Shown piece by piece: positions 51,950-63,582 of a DNA stretch of 64,000 nt (position 1 is the stretch's first letter; every line of letters begins with the position of its first letter). The stretch comes from Octopus sinensis (lineage: Eukaryota). The stretch covers positions 4,030,001 to 4,094,000 of the forward strand of contig NC_043016.1 in assembly GCF_006345805.1 (NCBI RefSeq). The letters are read 5' to 3'. Under the pieces are notes generated by a model that was given only the letters and a program-made list of their open reading frames with translations, was not told the origin of the DNA and did no database searches. The position numbers were made by a program, and so were the translations under genes.

Positions 51950-53100
51950 CTCATCAAGAAATTTGATGAGAGGGAGGAGGAGCTACAGACGTCGGACATA
52001 GAAGGTAGCCAGAAATTCCTACGGGACAGCTTGCTGAGTGCCACAGACCAAGTCTGCGGATGGTGCAAAGTCCCTTCCAGACCTAGAGTTATGTGGTGGT
52101 GGAATAGTGCAGTAGACAAAGCCATTAGTGCAAAGAAACAGGCCTGGAAAGCCTGGAGGGATGGGGGTAGCAGGGAACTGTACCAGGTAGCCAGAAGGGA
52201 GGCTGGGCGGCAGGTATACATAGCCAAAGATGTAGCAGAAAAAGAAGTTTGCCAATGTCTAGCGATGTGAGGACCAAAGAACTGAGGTATTTCGGATTGC
52301 TAGACAGTGTGTGAGAGAAAATAGTGATGTTACAGGAGAGAAATGTGTCCGCATGGATGATGGGGCACTTGCTTTTAATGTTGGTGAAAAGAAAGAGGCT
52401 TGGAGAAGTCATTATGAAAGACTGCTGAATGTGGAGAATGAATGGGAGGAGGAGAGCCTGCCAAATGTTGACCCAGTAGAGGGACCAGCTATCCAAATAG
52501 ACAGCTCCCTTGTAGTTAAGGCAATTAAAGGTATGAAACCAGGTAAAGCCCCCAGCCCATCAGGAATCACTGCTGAGATGCTTAAAACAGCTGGTTATGT
52601 GGGCTATGACCTAGTCACCCGTATTGTAAACCAGGTAGTTCATAATGGAGTCATACTCAATGACTGGCATAGCAGCACCATAGTCAACTACTACAAGGGT
52701 AAGGGTGATGCTCTAGATAGAAATAACTACAGGGGTATTAAACTGTTGGATCAGGTGATGAAGGTCACAGAGAGGGTCATAACCCATCTCATTAGGGAGA
52801 GAATTTGCTTAGATGAGATGCAGTTTGGTTTTGTGCCGGGTAGAAGCACCACTGATGCTATATTCCTGGTCCGACAACTGCAGGAGAAGTACCTAGCTAA
52901 AGATAAACCCCTCTACATAGCTTTTGTGGACTTGGAGAAAGCCTTTGACAGGCCCCCCGATCCCTTATCTGGTGGTCGATGTGGAAACTGGAGATTGACG
53001 AATGGCTAATAAGGGCTTTACAGGCCCTATACAGAGAGGCTGTCAGCAAGGTTAGGATTGGCAACGAATATAGTGAAGAATTCCGGGTAGAAGTAGGTGT
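51950..53100 (+). mobile_element. RTE LINE internal fragment with reverse transcriptase N-half (frameshifted)
   Basis: ORF 52311-53009: MKPGKAPSPSG, YKGKGDALDRNNYRGIKLL, QFGFVPGRSTTDAIF, FVDLEKAFDR; upstream PRVMWWWN. Confidence 0.9.
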
Positions 53101-53119
53101 GCACTCCCATGAGTTCTCC

Positions 53120-53592
53120 ACATTTAGTACCCCTTCATAGCGGCACTTCCAAGCCTCCTTCTTTGCAGGGTTACTAACTGCCAGTGACCCATCATTCATG
53201 CTAACACGTCTCTTACTATATTCCAATTCTCTCTGACACACAGTCTTGCAATTTGAAATACTTCAAGCCTCTGCTCCTCATAACACAAAAAACTGGCAAA
53301 CTTCCTCCTACCTGCTCTCCCCAGGCTAAATCCACCTGTCTTCTTGCCTCCCTCCTAGCTACCTGATATAGTTTCCTGCTACCACCACTCTTCTAGTCCT
53401 GCTTCTTTGCTCTAATGGCCTTGTCTACAGCATTGTTCTTTCATGTTTGGGACTTTGCACCAGCTGTATATTTGGTCTGTGGCACTCAGCAAGCTGTCTT
53501 GCAGGAATTCCCAGTTGCCCTCTGTATTACAAGTCTGTTGTTCCTCCTCCTTCTCATCAAATTTCTCAATTAGGACGTCCCTAAATCTCTGA
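53120..53592 (-). mobile_element. Second RTE internal fragment, inverted relative to 51950-52440
   Basis: Reverse complement agaaatttgatgag...gacagcttgctgagtgccacagacc...ggtgcaaagtccc matches the start of the plus-strand fragment. Confidence 0.85.
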
Positions 53593-53651
53593 TATATATG
53601 TATATATATACAGCACACAGACACAGACATGCACACACACTTATGCATATC

Positions 53652-53722
<71 letters not shown>

Positions 53723-54389
53723 TACACATGCATATGCATTCACACAAAATAAGCTTCAGTACTGTTTCTGTTTACTAAAATTCACTGAAAGCATTAATCA
53801 ACTTAAAGCTATAATAGAAAGCATTGTCCATGGTGCTGTACTGTAGGATTTAACCTAAAACTACTACATTACAAAGCAAATCACTGTAAGCTCACAACTC
53901 TAGCTGCACCAGTTTTAACTGATTTTTTAGAATTCAAAGTTCAATGGAGCAGCTTTCTAAGGGTTCAAATCTTGCTGTATGGACTTTACTCTGATATAAC
54001 TATAAGGATGTAATACAGCATGTTAAGATTTGTTAAAGCTTTACCAATGTAGCTGTACAATAACAGAATAATATCATAGATAGATAATCTTTGATTTCAT
54101 TTTGTAAGATTGTTTACCAACTTTTGTGGTAGGCTAGGGGACAAGTTCATAACAAGGAATATAGCTTTCAGTTGTCTTGTCTCCTAAGATTGCACAGTAC
54201 CGTCTCTATTGACTATTACATCATCTGAAGAAACAAACATTTCAGGAAAATAAAAGCAAACAAGAAAACATTCAAAAGAAATTATAAAATTCTATAGTAC
54301 TCTCATAGCGTTTTCAAAATTACTTCAACTTCCTTAGGTCCTGCTAGAATACACACACACACATACATACATGCACACATACATACATA

Positions 54390-54570
54390 CATCATCATTT
54401 AATCTCCGGTCTTCATGCTGGCATGGGTTAAACGGTTTGGCTGGAGCTGATAAGCCGAAGAGCTGCACCAGGTTCTAGTCTGATTTGGGGTGGTTTCTGC
54501 AGCTGGATACCCTTTAACACCAACGTGATATGTGCATTTATGTGCCACCAGTACGGGTGCCATTTACATG
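54390..54570 (-). mobile_element. RTE 3' terminal fragment
   Basis: catcatcatttaa...gctgcaccaggttctagtctgatttgg. Confidence 0.7.
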
Positions 54571-54585
54571 GTGCCGATCTATATG

Positions 54586-54617
<32 letters not shown>

Positions 54618-55309
54618 GTTGTATATATACATAGATACACAAGCTCGTGTGTGTGTGTGTATATACATACACATATTTAATTTTTTTTTTTTGCTTACAT
54701 TGTATGAAGTTCTTAGAAATTCTAGTCAGCAGTAATTAAGTATAGCACTATTTTGTTCTTTTTTTTTAATCATCTGCATTACATAACCTGAAGTATATTA
54801 ATTAAGCATTTTATTCAGCTAGATATTTGTTATAGATGGAAAATAATTATAATCTAAATGAAATTTATGTAATGTGTGCTTTTATTTCTTTCTTTCTTTT
54901 TTTCCCCCCTAAAACAGTAGTTTAGCAATCAAGCAGATTATTGAGGAGAGAGGAAGTTTTTGGTGTCTGAATGCAAGGGTACCTGTTTTCATAGTGTTCT
55001 TTACTATGATGTTCTTATAGATGTTCATATTTTATTTTTTGCTATAAGCAGAATTTACAATCTGTTTTTGATATTTTCTTCAATGTGTAGATATTGGTTT
55101 TAAGTCAGCTCTTAATAGTAATAAACCCTTGTTACATAGTGGAAGGCATAACACCTCAAATTATCACCAATTTCATTGGCTGATTTCTAATTTATAGTCA
55201 GAATTTTTCAGACGTGGCATCCCCCCCACCTCCCAGTGGACATTTAGTACAAAAGAGATAATCATTTATTCATAATACTTGGCAGTATTAGAAGTATGAA
55301 TTTGAAATT

Positions 55310-55495
55310 AAAGAATACGGAAGAAGTTTCATGTTCAAATTTCACCGAAGTTGACTTTGCCTTTCATCCTTCCAGGCTTGATGAAACAAGTAGCAGTTGA
55401 GTAGTGGGGTTGATGACACTAACTTACCCTCATCTCCAAACTTGCTGTCTTTGTGCCAGAATCTAAACCATTATTATTATTGTTATTATTTTTAC
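55310..55495 (+). mobile_element. SINE family C 3' part ending in (ATT)n
   Basis: gttgactttgcctttcatcctt...ctttgtgccagaatctaaaccattattattatt. Confidence 0.6.
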
Positions 55496-55721
55496 TTACG
55501 TGTACATAGTTCTTAAAACTTCTAATTTGTGATAATCATGTATAGTGTTATTACATTCTCTTTGAAATTACCAGCATGACATAACCCAATGTATATAAAT
55601 TTAACATTTTAAAAAGAGAGACATTTCCTGTTGAAGGAAAAATAATCACTGACTGGGGGAATTTCATAGGAGTCTTCATTCCTTTCATTTTGTTTGTAAC
55701 AATCAGGAGATCAGTGTCTTC

Positions 55722-56055
55722 ATCATCATCACCACATATTTAACATCTGTTGTCCATGCTGGCATGGGTTGACCTGTTTGACCAGGGTTGGTAAGCTAGA
55801 AGGCTGTACCAGACTCCAGTCTGATTTGGCATGGTTTCTAATGCCCTTCCTAATACCAATCATTCCAAGAGTATAATGGGTACTTTTACATGCCACAGCA
55901 TGGGTGCCATTTGTGTGACATCGGTATCTGCCACAACTGCAATTTTGCTTGGTTTCATGGGTCTTCTCAAGCATGACATAATGCCAAAAGTCTCAGTCAT
56001 TGCCTCCTTGAGACCCAACACTTAAAAGGAACTCAGCCATTTTGCCTCCATGAGA
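55722..56055 (-). mobile_element. RTE 3' UTR fragment
   Basis: catcatcatc...atgcccttcctaataccaatcattcc...gtcattgcctcc. Confidence 0.7.
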
Positions 56056-56164
56056 CTAGGAGTTCTACCTTTTCATTCTAACCAATCTACTATTTCTACA
56101 CTACCAAATGAATTGTATTCCCATCTGTTTTTCTGTCTTTCTGTCCATCTATCTCTATGTAGAA

Positions 56165-56202
<38 letters not shown>

Positions 56203-56208
56203 TTATGA

Positions 56209-56530
56209 GAAGGTGCATGGCTTAGTGGTGAGGATATTTGGCTCATGATCATAAGGTCGTGAGCTCAGTTCCTGGCAGCATGTTGTGTCCTTGAGCAAGA
56301 CTCTTTATTCCTCATTGCTCCAGTCCATTCAACAGGCAAAGTTGAGTTGTATGTGTAATTCAAAGGGTCAGCCTTGTTGCATTCTGTGTCACGCTGAATC
56401 TCACTCAGAAATATATCTAGGGTATGTATGTTTTTGGAGTGCTGAGCCACTTGCATGTAATTTGTTGAGTAGCTTATTCCATTGATTGGATCAACTGGAA
56501 CACTCATCATTGTAACCAGTGGAGAGCCAA
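56209..56530 (+). mobile_element. SINE family B
   Basis: gaaggtgcatggcttagtgg...gtgtccttgagcaagac...ctgtgtcacgctgaatctc; follows (TG)n. Confidence 0.8.
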
Positions 56531-56601
56531 GCCATATATCTATCTGTCTGTCTGTCTGTCTATGGTGCAGGAGTGGGTGTGTGCTAAGAAGCTTGCTTTC
56601 T

Positions 56602-56756
56602 TAAATATTTCTAAATATCTCAGAGAGATATAAGCAATGGTGGAACGACAGAGCAGTTGTGATTTCCTTTATGGGACTGTCACGTTAAGTTGAAAGTATA
56701 TAACTGCTCTATCGTTCCACCACTGCTTATATATCTCTGAGATATTTAGAAATTTA
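56602..56756. repeat. Near-perfect palindromic element (about 52-bp arms, 43-nt loop)
   Basis: atttctaaatatctcagagagatataagcaatggtggaacgacagagcagtt vs aactgctctatcgttccaccactgcttatatatctctgagatatttagaaat; 3 substitutions. Confidence 0.9.
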
Positions 56757-57004
56757 ATATTTCTATTTTTGTTGATCAGTGAATTTACTTCACTGAAATT
56801 ATATATATTCCCTTTTACTCTTTTACTTGTTTCAGTCATTTGACTACGGCCATGCTGGAGCGCCGCCTTTAGTTGAGCAAATCGACCCCAGGACTTATTC
56901 TTTGTAAGCCTAGTACTTATTCTATCAGTCTCTTTTGCCGAACCGCTAAGTTACGAGGACATGAACACATCAGCATCGGTTGTCAAGCGATTTTGGGGGG
57001 ACAA

Positions 57005-57737
57005 ATACATATATATATTATATATATATATATATATAATATATATGTGTGTGTATATATATGTGTATATATATATATATATGGTGTTAATTATATATAT
57101 ATATGTGTTATATATATATATATGTGTGTGTATATATATGTGTATATATATATATATATATGTGTATATATTATATATATATGTGTATATATTATATATA
57201 TGTGTATATATATATATATATGTGTATATATAGATAATATATATGTGTATATATATATATATGTGTATATATATATATATGTGTATATATATATATATGT
57301 GTATATATATAATATGTGTTGTATATATATATATGTGTGTATATATATATGTGTTATATATATATATGTGTATTATATATATTATTGTGTATATTATATA
57401 TATATATGTGTATATATATATATGTGTATATATATATATGTGTATATTATATATGTGTATATATATATATGTGTATATATTATATATGTGTATAATATAT
57501 ATATATGTGTATATATATATATATATGTGTATATATATATATATGTGTATATATATATATGTGTATATATATATATGTGTAATATATATATGTTATATAT
57601 ATATATGTTATATATATATGTGCATATATATATATATGTATATATATATGTATGTATATATATATATGTATATATTATATATGTATATATATTATATTTG
57701 GTATATATATGTATGTTATATATATATGTATGTATTC

Positions 57738-57771
<34 letters not shown>

Positions 57772-58188
57772 TGTATGTATATATATATGTATGTATATAT
57801 ATATGTATGTATATATGTATGTATGTATGTATATATGTATGTATGTATATATATATGTATGTATATATATATGTATGTATATATATATATGTATGTATAT
57901 ATATATATGTTATGTATATATATATATGTATGTATATATATATGTATGTATATAATATGTATGTATATATATATGTATGTATATATATATGTATGTATAT
58001 ATATATGTATTATATATTATGTATGTATATATATATGTATGTATAGATATAAATGTATGTATATATATATGTATGTATATATATGTATATATATATGTAT
58101 GTATATATATATGTATGTATGATATATGTATGTATATATATTATATTATGTATATATATATGTATGTATATATATATGTATATATATG

Positions 58189-58245
<57 letters not shown>

Positions 58246-58397
58246 TGTATTATATATATGTATGTATATATATATATGTATATATATATGTTATATATAT
58301 ATATGTATATATATATATGTATATATATATGTGTATATATAGTGTATATATATGTGTATATAATATATGTATATATATATATATATGTATATATATG

Positions 58398-58466
<69 letters not shown>

Positions 58467-58483
58467 GTATATATATATATGTA

Positions 58484-58535
<52 letters not shown>

Positions 58536-58590
58536 GTATATATATAATATATGTATATATATATATATATAGTATATATATATATATGTG

Positions 58591-58623
<33 letters not shown>

Positions 58624-59012
58624 GTATATATATATCTATAGTTATATATATATATGTATATATATATACTATGTATATATATATATATCTGTATATGTAT
58701 ATATATATGTATATATATATATATATATGTATATGTATATATATATGTATATGTATATATATATGTATATTTATATTATGTATGTATATATATTTATATA
58801 GTATATATATTGTATGTATAATATATATGTATAATATATATATATATATATATATTGTATATATATATATATATGTTAATATATATGTATATATATATAT
58901 ATCTGTATCTATATATAATATATATCTATATATATAATAGTATGTATATATATATATTATATATATATGTATGTATATATATCTATGTATATATATTGTA
59001 TATATATATGTA
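57005..59012. repeat. ~2-kb imperfect (TA)n/TG microsatellite
   Basis: Direct reading; source of the spurious YIYI/CIYI ORFs. Confidence 0.95.
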
Positions 59013-59598
59013 TATGCAAGGGACCATTTAAGGCGAATTCAAATTATTACCTTATATCAAAGGGCTTAGTAAAATATATTACTTTGCCGCATACTGAACT
59101 CATTAGAAATAGCAGCTAAAAAAACTTTTTAAAACTATTTCCAATACTTAAAGAAACCTCTCTCATATAGTGTTTGCTCAATTCAACTCACGCAAATATG
59201 GGGTAGAGACATAAAAATCAAGTGCAAAGGTTATTTGAGAACGTACGTTTCAAGATTAGTCAAAATCCGACATTTCTATCATCAGCTCAGAACTCCCTGG
59301 TTTGGATTTGAAAACACACTGAGAGTAGGAGCATACCCTTTCGGCTTCCTCTCGCTTCTGAAGATCTGCTCCCAACTAACAGTGCAACAAACTCAAAAAA
59401 TGCAAGCGAAGAATTTCGCTCTCCCCTTTCCACCAGCGTGGGTTAAAATCAGATAAACACTATGCTTTTTTCGGTAAAATCCGCGGCAATTATAAGAGAG
59501 AGATGAATTATAATTTCAACAATTGAGGGTAAAATTAATTAATTAATCAATTTCCACCAAGTATTCAGTATGCAAAGGGACCATTTAAGGCGAATTCA
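59013..59598 (-). mobile_element. 556-bp non-coding unit with 29/30-bp terminal direct repeats and a hammerhead motif (retrozyme or PLE pLTR-like)
   Basis: tatgcaa(a)gggaccatttaaggcgaattca at 59013-59041 and 59569-59598; (TA)n on both sides. Confidence 0.65.
59230..59293 (-). ncRNA. Type I hammerhead ribozyme motif with intact catalytic core
   Basis: Minus strand GUUCUGAG CUGAUGA UAGAAAUGUCGGAUUUUGACUAAUCUU GAAA CGUACG UU CUCAAAUAAC; palindromic helix III ACGUACGU. Confidence 0.75.
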
Positions 59599-59602
59599 TA
59601 TA

Positions 59603-59671
<69 letters not shown>

Positions 59672-60034
59672 GTATATATAATATATATGTTATATATTAT
59701 ATATATGTATATATATATAGTATATATATATATATATGTATATATATATAATAGTATATATGTATATATATATATATATGTATATATAGATATATATATA
59801 TATATATATATCATATATATATATATACACACACACGACAGGGTTCTTTCAGTTTCCGTCTACAAATCCACTCACAAGGCTTTGGTCGGCCCGAGGCCAT
59901 AGTAGAAGACACTTGCCCGGAAGTGCACGCAGTGGGACTGGAACCGGAACCATGTGGTTGGTAAGCAAGCTACTTACAACACAGCCACTCCTGTATATAT
60001 ATATATAATATATATATATATGTTTACAAAGTCT

Positions 60035-60141
60035 AGACAAGTATCTTCAGCTAGCAGGCCATGCTACTCCAGACTGATGACGAGCAAAGATGCAGAAACA
60101 TGTCTCTGGTTGCATGCTTAGCTGGATGGGGGGGCTTGTCT
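60035..60141 (+). ncRNA. Minimal type I hammerhead motif at the apex of a long hairpin (helix II damaged)
   Basis: CCAGA CUGAUGA CGAGCAAAGAUGCA GAAA CAUG UC UCUGG; outer pairings CAUGC/GCAUG, UUCAGCUA/UAGCUGGA, AGACAAG/CUUGUCU. Confidence 0.65.
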
Positions 60142-60286
60142 CCCCTTGTAAACATAAGGCACAGGCAGCATGTGTCAAGGCTGACAGGAAGCGTTGATGC
60201 TTCCTAGGGCTAAAAAGCGGTGGTGTGATTCCCTTTATGTGACTGTCACGTTAAGTTGACAGTATAGAACTGCTCTTTCTCTCTCT

Positions 60287-60330
<44 letters not shown>

Positions 60331-60652
60331 ATATATATATATATATAGTAAACTCTATAAATACTAGTAAGGTAAATTTCAGTTTCACCACCTGGAGTGG
60401 AGTAAGCATTACTGATGACCATTAATTTCCATGCAAAATTGGCAGTGAGGAGGTTGTCTCCCTTGTCAGCACATAGAACATGTGCTTTTGTGGCTAAAGA
60501 GTCTTTCAACTCTTGTTTCTAGCTATGCTGGTGCTCCCTGCACCTTTCATTACTATTTAGTGACAGTGAATTATTTCCTTTTTAGTTTTGAATTGTGTCT
60601 AACCACCTTGATTATTTTATTTATATACATATATGTATGTGAATATGTACAT

Positions 60653-60983
60653 TATAGATTCTCAAAGTGGGCTCTACGCCTACCGCCCCTCGGTGGGCAT
60701 TGAGAGGGTCCAGGTAGGCGCTGGTGTCTAAAGGAAGCTGAAGGGTGCGGTAGAGGAGGCATTGGTAGGAAGGCAGTGGATTAAGGGAAGCTATGAATTT
60801 ATATTATTATAGTATTGTATAGAAATGATATAATATGATATTAAATATCAAATGATTTGTAGCGTTTATAAATTAGTAAAATATAAAATATTTATTTATA
60901 CATAAACATATAGTGGTGGGGGTGCTGAGGGTATTATGTGGCCATGAGTGGGGGGTGGGGGGCAAAAAGTTTGAGAGCCTCTG
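60653..60983. mobile_element. Decayed hAT-type MITE
   Basis: Degenerate termini (..ttctcaaag / tttgagagcctctg) with identical flanking 8-mer ATGTACAT (60645-60652, 60984-60991). Confidence 0.6.
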
Positions 60984-61057
60984 ATGTACATGTATGTATG
61001 TGATTGTGTATATCTACACAAGTAAGTACAGGTGGAAAAAAAATAGTACACAAGTTA

Positions 61058-61365
61058 TCATCTAACGTCTGCTTTCAATGCTGGAATGGTTTAGATAGTT
61101 TGACTGGAACTGATAACCTGGAGAGCTGCATCAGGTTCCAGTCTGATTTGGTTTGGTTTATAAGGCTGGATGTCCTTCTTAATGCCAACCACTATGAGAG
61201 TGTAGTGGGTTCCTTTTACATGTCACTGGGGTACTGGTGCTTTATTTTCGTGTCTCCAGCACGGATGCTGTTAATTACCACCTGCACTGGCCACAGCTAT
61301 TATTTCACTTGGCTTGACTATTCTTCTCAAGCACAGCAAATCGCTAATAGTCACAATCACTCGTC
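61058..61365 (-). mobile_element. RTE 3' UTR fragment
   Basis: ctaacgtctgctttc...ggatgtccttcttaatgccaaccactatgagagtgtagtggg. Confidence 0.7.
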
Positions 61366-61396
61366 ATGCATATGGAATATAATAAGTGGGTGTTTA

Positions 61397-61434
<38 letters not shown>

Positions 61435-62803
61435 ATGTGTGTGTGTGTCTATATGTATGTATGTATGAAGACCTGTGGATTTGCATATAAATATTTAAAA
61501 GTTTGTATTTAACATTTAACATTGTTCTTCTATGCTGGCTTGGGTTGACCTTGTACATGTACATAAACATATTTATCTCAGTCTATGTCTGCCTATCTAT
61601 ATATGTATGCACAAATGTATGTATACACTCATATTTATATGATTTAATGAATACAAGATACATATGTGAGCTACTTTCAAGTTTCATGCTCAGGTAGTGT
61701 AGTAATTAGATGGGCTGTTATAGTGTAACATTCACATTCCAGCATTTGTTCAGGCGCATTCTGAATATTCTGGCTGTTCAGTGTGGAAATATAAGAAGAA
61801 AAAAAATGAAAAAATATAAAAGAAAACAGTAAGAAAAAAATTGCAGTAACCAAGCATGAAAGTTGAAGTAGCTCATGTATAACTCTGAATTCATTAAATG
61901 ATATTTACCACTTACTGAACTGAGTGTGGTTTTGCTGCCTCTACCAACAAGGAAATTATGCACATATATTTATATGTGTGTATATATATTAATATATATT
62001 CTTATGTACATATTTATATGTGTGTGTGTGTGTATGTATGTATGTGAATGAATATATGTATATATTCACTTTATGTGTGTGTATAATATGTGTGTGTGTG
62101 TGTGAGAATTCCTGATGTGCTCACATTGTTACTTTTCTTGAGTAATGATTGTTCTAGTGTTTTCTTTTCCCCTGAACACTGTCTCATAGCCCTGTGGCCA
62201 ATTTTGTGGAATGACCTGTGGATAAGAAGAGAATCCAGTCATAAAATATTGCCTCAGTTATGCTCATTGAACCTCCCTTGTCAGAGGTAAAACCAAAGGA
62301 GATGATTTTATTATTTTCCACACACTTGCTGAGTAATATAAATGCTTTACTAAATCTCTTTAAGTTCTTGGTGATTTTTCAAATGAATTGAAATGGGAAG
62401 TGTATTCCTGTAGTTTTATGGTCAAGGAAAAGTTAATGGTTGAGTACCGGACAGAATGCTATAATGATACTAATACTGCACAGAACTATGTAGTTGATGA
62501 GATATCTACTGAGAATCTAAATTTTGTCATGACCAAATTCTTTTGAATTGTTGAAATAACTGTAATTAGCTCTTAGATATTGGAATGATAAGTGGCTCAA
62601 TGTACTACACAATAACAGTTCGATTGAAAATTGAATGTCATCATCGACATTGTGTGTCATGTCTGTTGAATCAGAAATGCCAAATGTTATCCAACAACAA
62701 CAACAACAGTTAATAACAAAGAAAAAGTAGTGAATAATTTTGAGTGAGATTCATTGATTCATGAAAAAGTTTAAGAAAAATCTTCTTTTATGAAACTGGT
62801 ACC

Positions 62804-62804
<1 letters not shown>

Positions 62805-62886
<82 letters not shown>
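62805..62886. repeat. (TG)n-(AG)n microsatellite
   Basis: Direct reading. Confidence 0.95.
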
Positions 62887-62889
<3 letters not shown>

Positions 62890-63547
62890 AGGAGTGGGTA
62901 TGTAATAATTCAAAAGAGTTTTTGATAGTGTATCTGAAAAACGTTTCTGCAAAAATTAAAAACAATCAGAGGGGATCTCAATAATATAAGCAAAATACTT
63001 TAACCCAGACCAGATGAATGATATGTAAGTTTTTATGCAGATATATTTGGTTGTTGTTGTCTGCTCTTTAGATGTGATGTATGAAACAAAGTTTTCTGTG
63101 TTATCCTTATTTTAACAACTGTATTCAGTTGTGATTGTAAGTACATCTGGTTTAATTTCTGATTGAAAATCTTCATCAAGTATTTTTGTGGTTTCCATAC
63201 TTGTCCAGTTTCTTTATTTTGAATTTCCCATTTTGCCAGATATGTAGATGTTTACTACAATGAACATTCCTTATAGATGAAATCCTCATTTGCGATTCAT
63301 GTGCACTGCCTTAATGGACGTGTAATGTTGTAAATTAATATCATAAAGGCTTAGCAGTATTTTCTCTGGCTTTATGTTCTGAGTTCAAATTCAACCAAAG
63401 TTGACTTTGCTTTTCATCCTTTCAGTTATATTCTGAAATGTTTTCTCCTTTTATTTTAGGATCACATGATAGACTTGGTACTTTGGGATTAGTTGATGAT
63501 CAGTTTATTTTTATTTTTTGTATCTTGGAATCATTAATACTACTTAC

Positions 63548-63581
<34 letters not shown>

Positions 63582-63582
<1 letters not shown>

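Larger units (their letters stand above)
56812..59993 (-). mobile_element. One SINE family A copy split by ~2.8 kb of expanded microsatellite and a nested insertion
   Basis: Tail half at 56812-57003 and head half at 59826-59993 are co-oriented, non-overlapping and join at the position of the internal microsatellite. Confidence 0.8.

Noticed and set aside
56873-58937. Long ORFs of 120-360 aa ([12 protein letters not shown]-rich)
   Set aside because: Translations of the TA/TG microsatellite, which lacks stop codons by composition; no coding signal.
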